A DNA stretch of 30,829 nt from an uncultured Lachnospiraceae bacterium. Its GTDB lineage: Bacteria > Bacillota > Clostridia > Lachnospirales > Lachnospiraceae. Shown in pieces: positions 7,732 through 15,654 of the stretch. The position numbers were made by a program, and so were the translations under genes. A model generated the notes under the pieces. It searched no databases and was not told the origin of the DNA. It was given only the letters and a program-made list of their open reading frames with translations. Location of the stretch: assembly GCA_902803355.1 (NCBI GenBank), contig CADCPP010000141.1, forward strand, positions 1-30,829, in the 5' to 3' direction. Positions within the stretch are counted from its first letter, which is position 1; every line of letters starts with the position of its first letter.

Positions 7732-8927
7732 TAGCGCACATCCCCCTTTCCGGTCAGTTTGATTCTGGGATCGATCATCGTCATCAGCAGGTCGCCCAGA
7801 AAGACGCCGAAGATACCCATGGTCGCGTACAGCAGCACGATGCCCTGCACCAGATTCAGGTCATAGCGGCTGATGGCGGTGGTCAGTTCCGGGCCCATGC
7901 CGGGCACGGCGAAGAAGGTCTCCACAAGCAGCGACCCGCCCACCGTCAGCAGGATGGAATAAGGCAGGTACTGCGCCAGCGGCACGAAGGCGTTCTTCAG
8001 CACGTGGCGGAACATCACCTTTCTGTCGCTTAAGCCCTTAAGCTTAGCCAGCCGGATGTAATCCTTGTTCAGCTCATCCACCATGTAGCGTCTTGTCCAG
8101 AGCATGTAGCCGGCCGTGGACGCAACGGATAAGCAGATGATCGGCAGCACCATGGTGAGCCAGGGCTTCTCGGCCGTGGCGTCATAGCGCATGGGCAGGC
8201 CGAGCAGCGATGCCCCGGCGATCATGATAATGGTATAGATGACCAGGTGGGGCACGGCATTTACGATCACGGTATACGCCGTACCGAGATTATCAAACAA
8301 TTTATCTTTGTATCTGGCCTGAAGCACGCCGAAAACAACGCCCAGCACCAGAGAGATTCCCAAAGAAATCAGGCCGATCCTCATGGAGACGACCATCTTG
8401 GAGGCGATCACATCGGTAACATACTGATTCTTCTCCAGACGAATACTCTTGCCCAGATTGAACATCACCTTCTTGTAGTAGCCTTCCTTCAGTGTTCCGA
8501 AGGGATCTTCACCGGTTTTCGACTTTTCCGACAGATACTTGAGCAGCGACATGGGCTCGATGGATTTTACCTCCTTGCCCTTCGCGTTAAACACCCGCAT
8601 CTGCAGCATATCACCGAAGAAATCCCCCAGCTGAGCGATCACGGAACGGTTCACATACCCTGTGCCCTTCGGTGCGATCTCATTCTCTCTGCAGGTATGG
8701 CAGGCCTCACCGTTTACCAGACCGGTGCCCTTACAGTCGGAGCAGGACTCCATCAGCCCCAGTCTCTCCAGCTTGGCATACTTCTGCGTCTCGGTGAACT
8801 TCATCAGTTCATCTTCGGTAAAGAAATAGTCACTAGGCATGAGCCGCAGCAGACAAAACACCACACAGACGACCAGCAGGATCACCATGATCGATTGAAA
8901 CAGCCGCTTTATGATATATTTTACCAT
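7731..8927 (-). CDS. oppB: Oligopeptide ABC permease OppB (AmiC-like) with a Cys4 insert
   Basis: MVKYIIKRL N-terminal TM, NLGKS, EAA-loop ELNKDYIRLAKLKGL...RHVLKNA, ETFFAVPGMG, DPRIK. SD GGAGG at 8935-8939. Confidence 0.92.
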   Translation of the reverse strand: MVKYIIKRLFQSIMVILLVVCVVFCLLRLMPSDYFFTEDELMKFTETQKYAKLERLGLMESCSDCKGTGLVNGEACHTCRENEIAPKGTGYVNRSVIAQLGDFFGDMLQMRVFNAKGKEVKSIEPMSLLKYLSEKSKTGEDPFGTLKEGYYKKVMFNLGKSIRLEKNQYVTDVIASKMVVSMRIGLISLGISLVLGVVFGVLQARYKDKLFDNLGTAYTVIVNAVPHLVIYTIIMIAGASLLGLPMRYDATAEKPWLTMVLPIICLSVASTAGYMLWTRRYMVDELNKDYIRLAKLKGLSDRKVMFRHVLKNAFVPLAQYLPYSILLTVGGSLLVETFFAVPGMGPELTTAISRYDLNLVQGIVLLYATMGIFGVFLGDLLMTMIDPRIKLTGKGDVR

Positions 8928-8965
8928 GCGCCTTCCTCCATCCTCTCAAAAGCCTCTTAAAAGGA

Positions 8966-9062
8966 GCTTCCGGGGCAGTCCATTGGGCGGTCCCGGAAGC
9001 ATTGCTTGGTTCTGATCCGATCTGACAGCAAAGCGGATCAGACTTTTCCGGCAGCTGCCGGA
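8966..9062 (-). promoter_or_regulatory. Three consecutive stem-loops between oppA and oppB (likely mRNA stabilisation/processing)
   Basis: GCTTCCGGG(8966-8974)/CCCGGAAGC(8992-9000); TCTGATCCG(9011-9019)/CGGATCAGA(9034-9042); perfect 16-bp palindrome TCCGGCAGCTGCCGGA (9047-9062). No long U-tract. Confidence 0.6.
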
Positions 9063-9070
9063 GTCATGAA

Positions 9071-11122
9071 TTATTCCGCGTTGTACTTGGCGGCGAGTTC
9101 GTTCATCTGCGCGGTGGTGTAAGGAGTCTCACTGGTCTCCCAATCCACATAACGGTACGCCTGCATGCCATACATGCTGTACACCTTGGAGTAGTTGTTG
9201 ACCTTGGTCAGCTCCCAGCCCACTTCGTAGGAGCAAGGGATCACCAGCGCGTGATTCAGCATGCACGCTTCGGCTTTCGCGAATGCGGCATAGCGCTCAT
9301 CCATGTTGCCAGTGATGGCTTTCGCCTTGACGACCAGATCGGTGAATTCCTTGTAGGCGGCGATCAGATCAGGATCATCGTTGTCGTTGCAGTTGCTGTA
9401 CGCATTGGAGTAGTACGCAGCAGTGTCATCATAGGTTTCCTGGCCGAGGAAGTTGATCGGGTCAGCAAAGTCGGCGCCCCAGCCGTTGATGAAGAAGGAA
9501 GCCTTGCGGGGCTTACGCACTTCATTGGCAAGGGAGGAAACGTAGGTATTGGTCTTCAGGACAACATAATCGCTGCCGAGGCATTCTGCGAAGATGTTTT
9601 CCAGGACCTTGGCCGTCTGAGCAGCAACATCAGAAGAACCGGAGATGTAATAATCTACCTGGACAGGGAAGGTGACGCCCTTGGCGCTCAGTTCTTCCAT
9701 GGCTTTCTTCTTAAATTCGGCAGCCTTTGCAGCATCCACGCGGGTATACTTGGTGCTGTCATATTCCATGCCAAGTTCCTTCAGCACGAGCTTCGTGTAA
9801 TCGGTGCCGTCAGAGGTAAAGGCCACGCCGTTGCCGGTGTAGACGAAATTCTGGCAGGACAGAGGATTGATCGCGTTGGTGCGGGCGAAGTAGTTGGTCA
9901 GGTCAAGGCCGTAGTACAGGCTCTTGCGGAAGTTTTCGTTGGCAACAGCGGTGTTCCAGTTGGTGTCGGGCGTTTCGCCGTCTTCCAGGTTCTTGCTGTA
10001 TACCAGGTGGATCTGATAGGAGTACTTGGTCGGACGAGATTCAACCAGATAATCCTTCAGGTTGGCATCGCTGGTGCCGTTGTAGATGCCCTGCAGGGTA
10101 GCCTGGTCAAGGGATACGTGATCCAGTTCGCCGTTCTTGAACAGCTGGAAAGCCACAGACGCGGAGTCGACCATCTTGATGGTGACGGTATCGAAACGGC
10201 TGCAGTTGGCATCGTTCCAATAGTTCGGGCTCTTGGTCAGAACTTTCTGGTTCTGGGATACGAAATAGGTGACGGTGTAAGCGCCGTTGTACCACATATT
10301 TTCCCAGGTCACATCACGGTAGCCGTCAACGCCCAGTTCTTCGATCAGCTCGGCAGACAGAGGATACAGGCAGTTGTAGGTGGCCACAGAGGGGAAGTAA
10401 GGCAGCTGGTCGACCAGCGTGTAGGTGATGGTGCCGGCTTCGTCATCGACTTCGATACCGACCATTTCGGCAAACTTGCTGCCGTCTTCCGCGGTCAGAG
10501 CCTTTGCAGCCTCTTCGCCTTCGGTTTCGGTAAGGTTCTTGGTGTATTCGTAGTAGTCATTGGCACCGACGATCATTTCGGCGGGCATGGAGACGTTGTA
10601 CGAATCGTTCTTGGCATAGTTCAGGACCCATTCAAGGCCGGTCGCCCAGTCGGAAGCGACCACGTCAGCCTGAACTTCGCCGTCTTTGTTGAACCAGGTC
10701 ATGCCTTCGTTCAGCGTGAAGACCCAGGTCTTGCCGCCGTCAGGGGAGGTGTAATCCTTGGCAGCATTCAGTTTCAGATTGCCGTGGTTGTCGTTGGTCA
10801 GCAGGCCATCGAACAGGTTGCACAGCACGTTCAGATCGGCTGCCGCCTGGGAATAGTGGACATTCCAGGTTTCCAGTTCACGGGCCTTGGTCTCGTACGT
10901 GTTCAGGGTTCTCGTGGTACCGGGAGTGGGAGCCTCTGTGCTTTCTGCGGGTGCATTCGTGCTCTGATCGGGAGCCTTGGTGCTCTGATCAGGGGCCTTG
11001 GTGCTTTCCGGAGCGTTCGTGCTCTGCCCCGGAGCTGCGGAGCTCTGTCCGGGCTGTCCGCCACAGGCTGCCAGAGAGAGGACCATTGCCGCAGCAAGAA
11101 GCATTGCGAGCAGTTTCTTCAT
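9071..11122 (-). CDS. oppA: Oligopeptide-binding lipoprotein OppA (AmiA/AliA-like), 683 aa
   Basis: MKKLLAMLLAAAMVLSLAAC lipoprotein signal, NLFDGLL, GKTWVFTL, YNGAY, NENFRKSL, GWGADFADP, DERYAAF. SD AAGGAGG at 11129-11135 fixes the start at 11122, not 11281. Confidence 0.93.
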   Translation of the reverse strand: MKKLLAMLLAAAMVLSLAACGGQPGQSSAAPGQSTNAPESTKAPDQSTKAPDQSTNAPAESTEAPTPGTTRTLNTYETKARELETWNVHYSQAAADLNVLCNLFDGLLTNDNHGNLKLNAAKDYTSPDGGKTWVFTLNEGMTWFNKDGEVQADVVASDWATGLEWVLNYAKNDSYNVSMPAEMIVGANDYYEYTKNLTETEGEEAAKALTAEDGSKFAEMVGIEVDDEAGTITYTLVDQLPYFPSVATYNCLYPLSAELIEELGVDGYRDVTWENMWYNGAYTVTYFVSQNQKVLTKSPNYWNDANCSRFDTVTIKMVDSASVAFQLFKNGELDHVSLDQATLQGIYNGTSDANLKDYLVESRPTKYSYQIHLVYSKNLEDGETPDTNWNTAVANENFRKSLYYGLDLTNYFARTNAINPLSCQNFVYTGNGVAFTSDGTDYTKLVLKELGMEYDSTKYTRVDAAKAAEFKKKAMEELSAKGVTFPVQVDYYISGSSDVAAQTAKVLENIFAECLGSDYVVLKTNTYVSSLANEVRKPRKASFFINGWGADFADPINFLGQETYDDTAAYYSNAYSNCNDNDDPDLIAAYKEFTDLVVKAKAITGNMDERYAAFAKAEACMLNHALVIPCSYEVGWELTKVNNYSKVYSMYGMQAYRYVDWETSETPYTTAQMNELAAKYNAE
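10927..11053 (-). repeat. Degenerate 21-bp (7-aa) tandem repeat linker in OppA
   Basis: PGQSSAA PGQSTNA PESTKA PDQSTKA PDQSTNA PAESTEA. DNA units 10959-10979 and 10980-11000 are 19/21 identical. Confidence 0.85.
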
Positions 11123-11198
11123 AGTTTTCCTCCTTATTGGTAATGGTAATATGTCCGTTCTGGAAGAACAGCTGTCCTCCCGGGATATATTATACTTT

Positions 11199-11227
11199 AA
11201 TATAGCAAAGCGCCAAAGCCTTGTCAA
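11199..11227 (-). promoter_or_regulatory. Sigma-A promoter of the oppABC-D/F operon
   Basis: Minus strand TTGACA (11227-11222), 17 nt spacer, TGc-TATATT (11204-11199). An A/T tract lies upstream, and a second TATAAT is at 11194-11189. Confidence 0.8.
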
Positions 11228-11300
11228 GGAATGTCTTTCAAAAAAAACATCATTTTTTAGCGCCCTTTGCGTGATCGTCATTCGGACCGGCGGCTTCCTC

Positions 11301-11329
11301 TTGTTTAATGGCAGACGGGGTGGTATAAT
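11301..11329 (+). promoter_or_regulatory. Sigma-A promoter of the divergent membrane-protein gene
   Basis: TTGTTT (11301-11306), 17 nt spacer, TGg-TATAAT (11324-11329). Confidence 0.7.
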
Positions 11330-11358
11330 AACAGCGTATTTCCATCGGAGGATGTTTC

Positions 11359-11769
11359 ATGATTCGCTGGCTGAAAGCACATTTTTCGCGGGATATGATC
11401 CGCCCGCTGATCTATAAGACCTTTACGCGAGCAGTGCTGGCTCTGTTTGCCGCCGAGCTCTTTCATTTTTTTGCTCCTGCAGACTGGCCTGTCTCCCGTT
11501 TTTCCAACCTGGCCCTCATTCTGGCCTTCATCTTTGTTCTTGGCGCCGTTATCGCCTGGCTGCGGCTTGACGGGATGCACATTCCGCAGTTCAAGCTTCC
11601 CCGCATGAAGCGCACGGATCCCGCTTTTCTGACCGGGGATATGGCCGATCATATCGATGATGACATCGTAAAATTTGACGATCTGGATAAAGAAGAGCAG
11701 GACGTCTGCGTCCTGCTGACCGATGTGATCCTGGCCGTGGTCTGCTTCCTGCTTGCGCTCATCCTCTGA
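11359..11769 (+). CDS. Hypothetical small membrane protein (about 3 TM segments)
   Basis: SD GGAGGA at 11347-11352, its own promoter and terminator, three hydrophobic segments and an acidic loop DMADHIDDDIVKFDDLDKEEQD. Confidence 0.75.
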   Translation: MIRWLKAHFSRDMIRPLIYKTFTRAVLALFAAELFHFFAPADWPVSRFSNLALILAFIFVLGAVIAWLRLDGMHIPQFKLPRMKRTDPAFLTGDMADHIDDDIVKFDDLDKEEQDVCVLLTDVILAVVCFLLALIL

Positions 11770-11798
11770 AAGAACAGTTCTATTCTCTTTATAAAGCC

Positions 11799-11838
11799 AA
11801 AAAACCGAGGCATCCTCAAGGATCAGCCCCGGTTTTTT
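11799..11838. terminator. Bidirectional Rho-independent terminator
   Basis: A6-CCG-A-GGC-ATCCT-CA-AGGAT-CA-GCC-C-CGG-T6 between convergent genes. Confidence 0.8.
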
Positions 11839-11861
11839 CTTAATTATGAAATAATTTACGT

Positions 11862-12260
11862 TTAAGCGGCAAAGTGATACAGCAGCAGAAAGACGCCGGA
11901 AAGGATAAAAAAGCCAAGTCCGGTAAAGAGAGACTGCTTCAGCCAGGGTCCCCTTGCCTTTGCCTTTTCATCTTTATAGTCGACGAACTGTCCTGCAGGC
12001 TTTCCGGTCCGGAACAGCTTCCAGACCGTTTTGATGCCGTAGCCGAAGATATCGTAGAAACCTTCGGAAGCCATGTAGCTAAGCCCCCCGAGGCCGCCAA
12101 GCAGCACACCGGTCAGAAAGCAGCTGTCCGACAGCATGCCGAAAACGTCCTTCGCCGAAGCCGCTCCGAATATCCCGTGGGAGAGCGCCGCCGTAAAACA
12201 AAGCAGGACTCCTGCGGCTATCCAGATCAGCAGTTTCTTTTTTGAACCGGCTTCCTTCAC
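11862..12260 (-). CDS. DUF3899-like small membrane protein (last gene of the opp operon)
   Basis: Three TM segments, DSCFLTG...GFYDIFGYG motif, GTG start overlapping the oppF stop (GTGA). This position at the end of opp operons is typical for the family as I recall it. Confidence 0.7.
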   Translation of the reverse strand: MKEAGSKKKLLIWIAAGVLLCFTAALSHGIFGAASAKDVFGMLSDSCFLTGVLLGGLGGLSYMASEGFYDIFGYGIKTVWKLFRTGKPAGQFVDYKDEKAKARGPWLKQSLFTGLGFFILSGVFLLLYHFAA

Positions 12261-13492
12261 TTGAGCACGCTCATGTACTTCTGGTATTCCGCCTCATTGC
12301 ACATGACGAAATGGCCCGGCTTGATCTCCCGGAAGGACGGCTTGTCCACGGAATAATCATGCTCCGCAAGCGGATTGTAGGTGATGCGCTTGCGCTGCTT
12401 TTCGGAGATCGGGTCCGGCAGCGGGATGGCTGACAGAAGCGAACGGGTGTAGGGATGCAGCGGGTTCAGGAAAAGCTCATCCGAGGGCGCCATCTCGACC
12501 ATCTTGCCGAAATACATGACGCCGATCCGGTCGGAGAAGTACTTGACCACGGAAAGGTCGTGCGCGATAAACAGCAGGGTCAGGCCGAACTTATCGCGAA
12601 GGTCGTTGAGCAGATTGATGACCTGCGCCTGAATGGAAACGTCCAGCGCGGAGACCGGTTCGTCGGCAATGACGAGGTCGGGCCGCATGACGATGGCTCT
12701 GGCCACGCCGATACGCTGCCTCTGGCCGCCGGAGAATTCGTGCGGGTAGCGGCTCGCGTGCTCGGGGACAAGGCCGACCAGGTCGAGCATCTCATAGACC
12801 TTCTCGTTGATGACCTTCGGGTCTCTCTCTCCGCGGATGACCAGCCCCTCCGCGATGGTGTCGCGGACCGTCATACGGGGATCAAGGGAGGCGATCGGGT
12901 CCTGGAAGATCATCTGGATCTGCGTGATGACCTTGGAGTTCTTCGCCTTGCGCAGCTCATTTCTGTACTCAGCCGACAGTTTTTTCTTTTCCTCGGCGGA
13001 AGCGCCGGCCAGCAGCGGTTCATATTTTTCCTTCACCGCAGCCGTCAGCTTTTCGACATATTCCTTGTCGCAGTTCTTCTGATCGTACTGTGCTTCTTTG
13101 ATCAGCTTCTTCTGCTCGGCAACGGTCCGGTCAAGCTCTTCCTTCAGGCGTTTCTTTTCATCCTCGGAGGCCGTCTTTACCTTTTCGTTATAGGCTGCCT
13201 TCGCGTCCTTGATGGCCTGTTTGTAGCTTCCGGTCCCGGCGCATACGCGCACGCCCTTGAAATAGACACTGCCGGAGGTGATGTCATAGAGCTTGATGAT
13301 GGAGCGGCCGGTCGTGGTCTTGCCGCAGCCGGACTCACCGACCATGCCGAAGACCTCGCCTTTATGGATCTCAAAGCTGACGTCATCCACGGCCTTGGTC
13401 GGCCCGAAGTACTGGCAGAGGTGATCCACCTTCAGCAGAACGTTGTCCTTCAGTTCAACGTCCACATTCTGCGATACGTTCTGATTATCCAT
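12257..13492 (-). CDS. oppF: Oligopeptide ABC ATPase OppF with a ~100-aa charged helical insert
   Basis: [51 protein letters not shown] at 13501-13506. Confidence 0.92.
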   Translation of the reverse strand: MDNQNVSQNVDVELKDNVLLKVDHLCQYFGPTKAVDDVSFEIHKGEVFGMVGESGCGKTTTGRSIIKLYDITSGSVYFKGVRVCAGTGSYKQAIKDAKAAYNEKVKTASEDEKKRLKEELDRTVAEQKKLIKEAQYDQKNCDKEYVEKLTAAVKEKYEPLLAGASAEEKKKLSAEYRNELRKAKNSKVITQIQMIFQDPIASLDPRMTVRDTIAEGLVIRGERDPKVINEKVYEMLDLVGLVPEHASRYPHEFSGGQRQRIGVARAIVMRPDLVIADEPVSALDVSIQAQVINLLNDLRDKFGLTLLFIAHDLSVVKYFSDRIGVMYFGKMVEMAPSDELFLNPLHPYTRSLLSAIPLPDPISEKQRKRITYNPLAEHDYSVDKPSFREIKPGHFVMCNEAEYQKYMSVLK

Positions 13493-15653
13493 TTTGTCCG
13501 GCCTCCCGTTTCTTCTGCATGCGGCGGATGCGTTCGGTCACAGCCTTCGGCGGTTCCACCTTCGGTGCATCGGGGTGAAGCAGCCAGGTCGCGGCATAGT
13601 GCGTGTCGCTGATCTTGAACATCGGCGGCTGCTTTTCGAAATCGATCTTCAGGGAATACTTATTGCGCGGGGCAAAAGCATCGCCCTTCGGCGGATAGAT
13701 CATGTTGGGCGGCGTTCCGGGGATCGCCTCCAGACGTTCGTTGGTATCCAGGTCGGGCATGGAGCCAAGCAGAGCCCAGGTATACGGATGTCTGGAGTTG
13801 TAGAAAATATCCTCCGAGGTGCCGTATTCCACGATCTTGCCGGCATACATGACCGCGATGCGGTCCGCCATATTGGCCACGACGCCGAGGTCGTGGGTGA
13901 TGAAGATGACCGACAGGTGGCGTTCCTCCTTCAGCTTGTTGATCAGCTCAAGGATCTGCGCCTGGATCGTCACGTCAAGCGCGGTGGTCGGCTCGTCGCA
14001 GATCAGGATGTCCGGGTCCGCTGCCAGCGCGATGGCGATAACGATACGTTGCCGCATGCCGCCGGAAAACTCGAAAGGATACTGGTTGTAGCGGCGTCTG
14101 GGTTCCGCAATGCCCACCTCTTCCATCAGCTTGATGGCGCGCAGGCGCGCGGTCTTCTTCGTGACCTTGTTGACGATGCCGGAGGCGTTCGTCTTCAGAT
14201 ATTCCACCGCGGTCTCCGTGCGGGCATCCGCATCCGCGCCCGCATCGTTCTGCAGCGCTTCCTCGAAATGGTCGGAAAGGCGGGTGATCAGATGGGCCAT
14301 GTTCTGCTTGGTCAGTTCCAGATCGGTGACCGAGGCAGCCGGGACCTTCCAGCCCGGATCCTTGCCCTTTGCCATCTGCGCATCGTATTTCTTCTGCAGC
14401 TTGTCATGCTTTTTGAGTTCTTTGACGTTCTGCACGATGCCTTTGAAATAGGTATCGATCTCGCTCTTCAGACCGGAGGAGAAGGTATAGGCCAACGAAT
14501 CCTTTACGGTAAGCAGCGGGTCGATGGTCTTATTCACGGCTTCGGTGAGCTTGTCCAGGCTGGCTTTGCAGGCGTGTTTGTCCAGCTGGCCTTCCGCCTG
14601 GTATAAGGGCAGTTCCTCTTTCAGGACCTTTATGGCTTCGCGCTTTGCCTCCGCGGACTTCTTTTCCGCAAAAGCGATGCCGGCTGAGGCATAGGAGGCA
14701 AATTCCTTCATGAAGCCTTCGCTGACCCTGTCATAGAGGCGCTTGTTCAGTTCCTCCACGGGAACATCGGGCAGGGGCTCCTTTTCATAGGTCAGCCAGT
14801 AGCCCATAGCGAAGAAATCGGGTTTTTCCTTCGCAGCAGCTTCTTCCAGGATGCCTTTTAATTCCGTCAGGCGTTCTACGGTCTTCGCAAAATTGCCTTC
14901 CTTCTTCAGGGCTTTTGCTTCCTGCAGAAGGCCGTCCGTAAGCTCGTTCAGGCGCTCCGCCTTGTCCCTGACCACATAGGTCTGGACAGAGGTTTTCGCT
15001 TCGGTCACGATCTGCTTCAGACGGTAGTCCATATCCTTGGCGGCATTCTTTTCCAGCTCAAGGGTGATGGAATCGATCCCGTCGACGGCATCTTCCGCCG
15101 CTTCATGCGCCGTATTGTAGGCTGTTTCCAGCTCAATATGCTTCTTTTCGAAGGTCTCGAAACGCTTGCAGAGATCATCGATCTTCGCGTCATCGCTCCG
15201 TCCGGCGGCCTTTGCCGCTTCCTTCATGCTGGTATTCAGTTCCTTCAGATAGCTGTTGAAATTCCGGCGGCTCTCCCGCTGTCTGGCCTTGCCCTTTAAG
15301 ATCATGGCCTCGGTCAGCTGGCGGCCGATCTTGACGATCGGGTTCAGGGAGCTCATGGGGTCCTGGAAGATCATGGCGATCTTGTCGCCGCGGATCTTGT
15401 GGAAATCTTCTTCGGAGATCTTCAGCAGATCCTTGCCGTCGTAAATGATCTCGCCGCCTTCAATGATGGAGTTGCCGGCGAGGATGCCGAGGATCGCCTT
15501 GCTCGTGACGGATTTGCCGGAACCCGACTCGCCCACGATGGCCAGTGTTTCGCCCTTTTCCAGGTCGAAGCTGATGCCCCGGACCGCCTGTACCTTGCCG
15601 TTTGTGGTGTGGAAGGATATTCTCAGATCGCTGACATGCAGTTTGTTTTCCAT
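13485..15653 (-). CDS. oppD: Oligopeptide ABC ATPase OppD with a ~375-aa helical insert
   Basis: [49 protein letters not shown] 15653 fits SD spacing and coupling to the oppC stop better than ATG 15662. Confidence 0.9.
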   Translation of the reverse strand: MENKLHVSDLRISFHTTNGKVQAVRGISFDLEKGETLAIVGESGSGKSVTSKAILGILAGNSIIEGGEIIYDGKDLLKISEEDFHKIRGDKIAMIFQDPMSSLNPIVKIGRQLTEAMILKGKARQRESRRNFNSYLKELNTSMKEAAKAAGRSDDAKIDDLCKRFETFEKKHIELETAYNTAHEAAEDAVDGIDSITLELEKNAAKDMDYRLKQIVTEAKTSVQTYVVRDKAERLNELTDGLLQEAKALKKEGNFAKTVERLTELKGILEEAAAKEKPDFFAMGYWLTYEKEPLPDVPVEELNKRLYDRVSEGFMKEFASYASAGIAFAEKKSAEAKREAIKVLKEELPLYQAEGQLDKHACKASLDKLTEAVNKTIDPLLTVKDSLAYTFSSGLKSEIDTYFKGIVQNVKELKKHDKLQKKYDAQMAKGKDPGWKVPAASVTDLELTKQNMAHLITRLSDHFEEALQNDAGADADARTETAVEYLKTNASGIVNKVTKKTARLRAIKLMEEVGIAEPRRRYNQYPFEFSGGMRQRIVIAIALAADPDILICDEPTTALDVTIQAQILELINKLKEERHLSVIFITHDLGVVANMADRIAVMYAGKIVEYGTSEDIFYNSRHPYTWALLGSMPDLDTNERLEAIPGTPPNMIYPPKGDAFAPRNKYSLKIDFEKQPPMFKISDTHYAATWLLHPDAPKVEPPKAVTERIRRMQKKREAGQNG

Positions 15654-15654
15654 A

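Noticed and set aside
9251-11143. 630-aa plus-strand ORF, and similar long antisense ORFs at 19335-20915, 12455-13612, 13494-14606, 3385-4488, 1107-2201, 25769-26950 and 24092-25090
   Set aside because: Each mirrors a well-supported gene on the opposite strand, has no SD and no recognisable motifs. This is the expected shadow of strong codon bias in GC-rich genes.
11159-11779. 13/15 direct repeat TCTG(G/A)AAGAACAG(C/T)T at 11159 and 11765 flanking the small membrane-protein gene
   Set aside because: Short and imperfect, and the enclosed segment includes the oppA promoter. Compatible with chance, so not called as an insertion scar.
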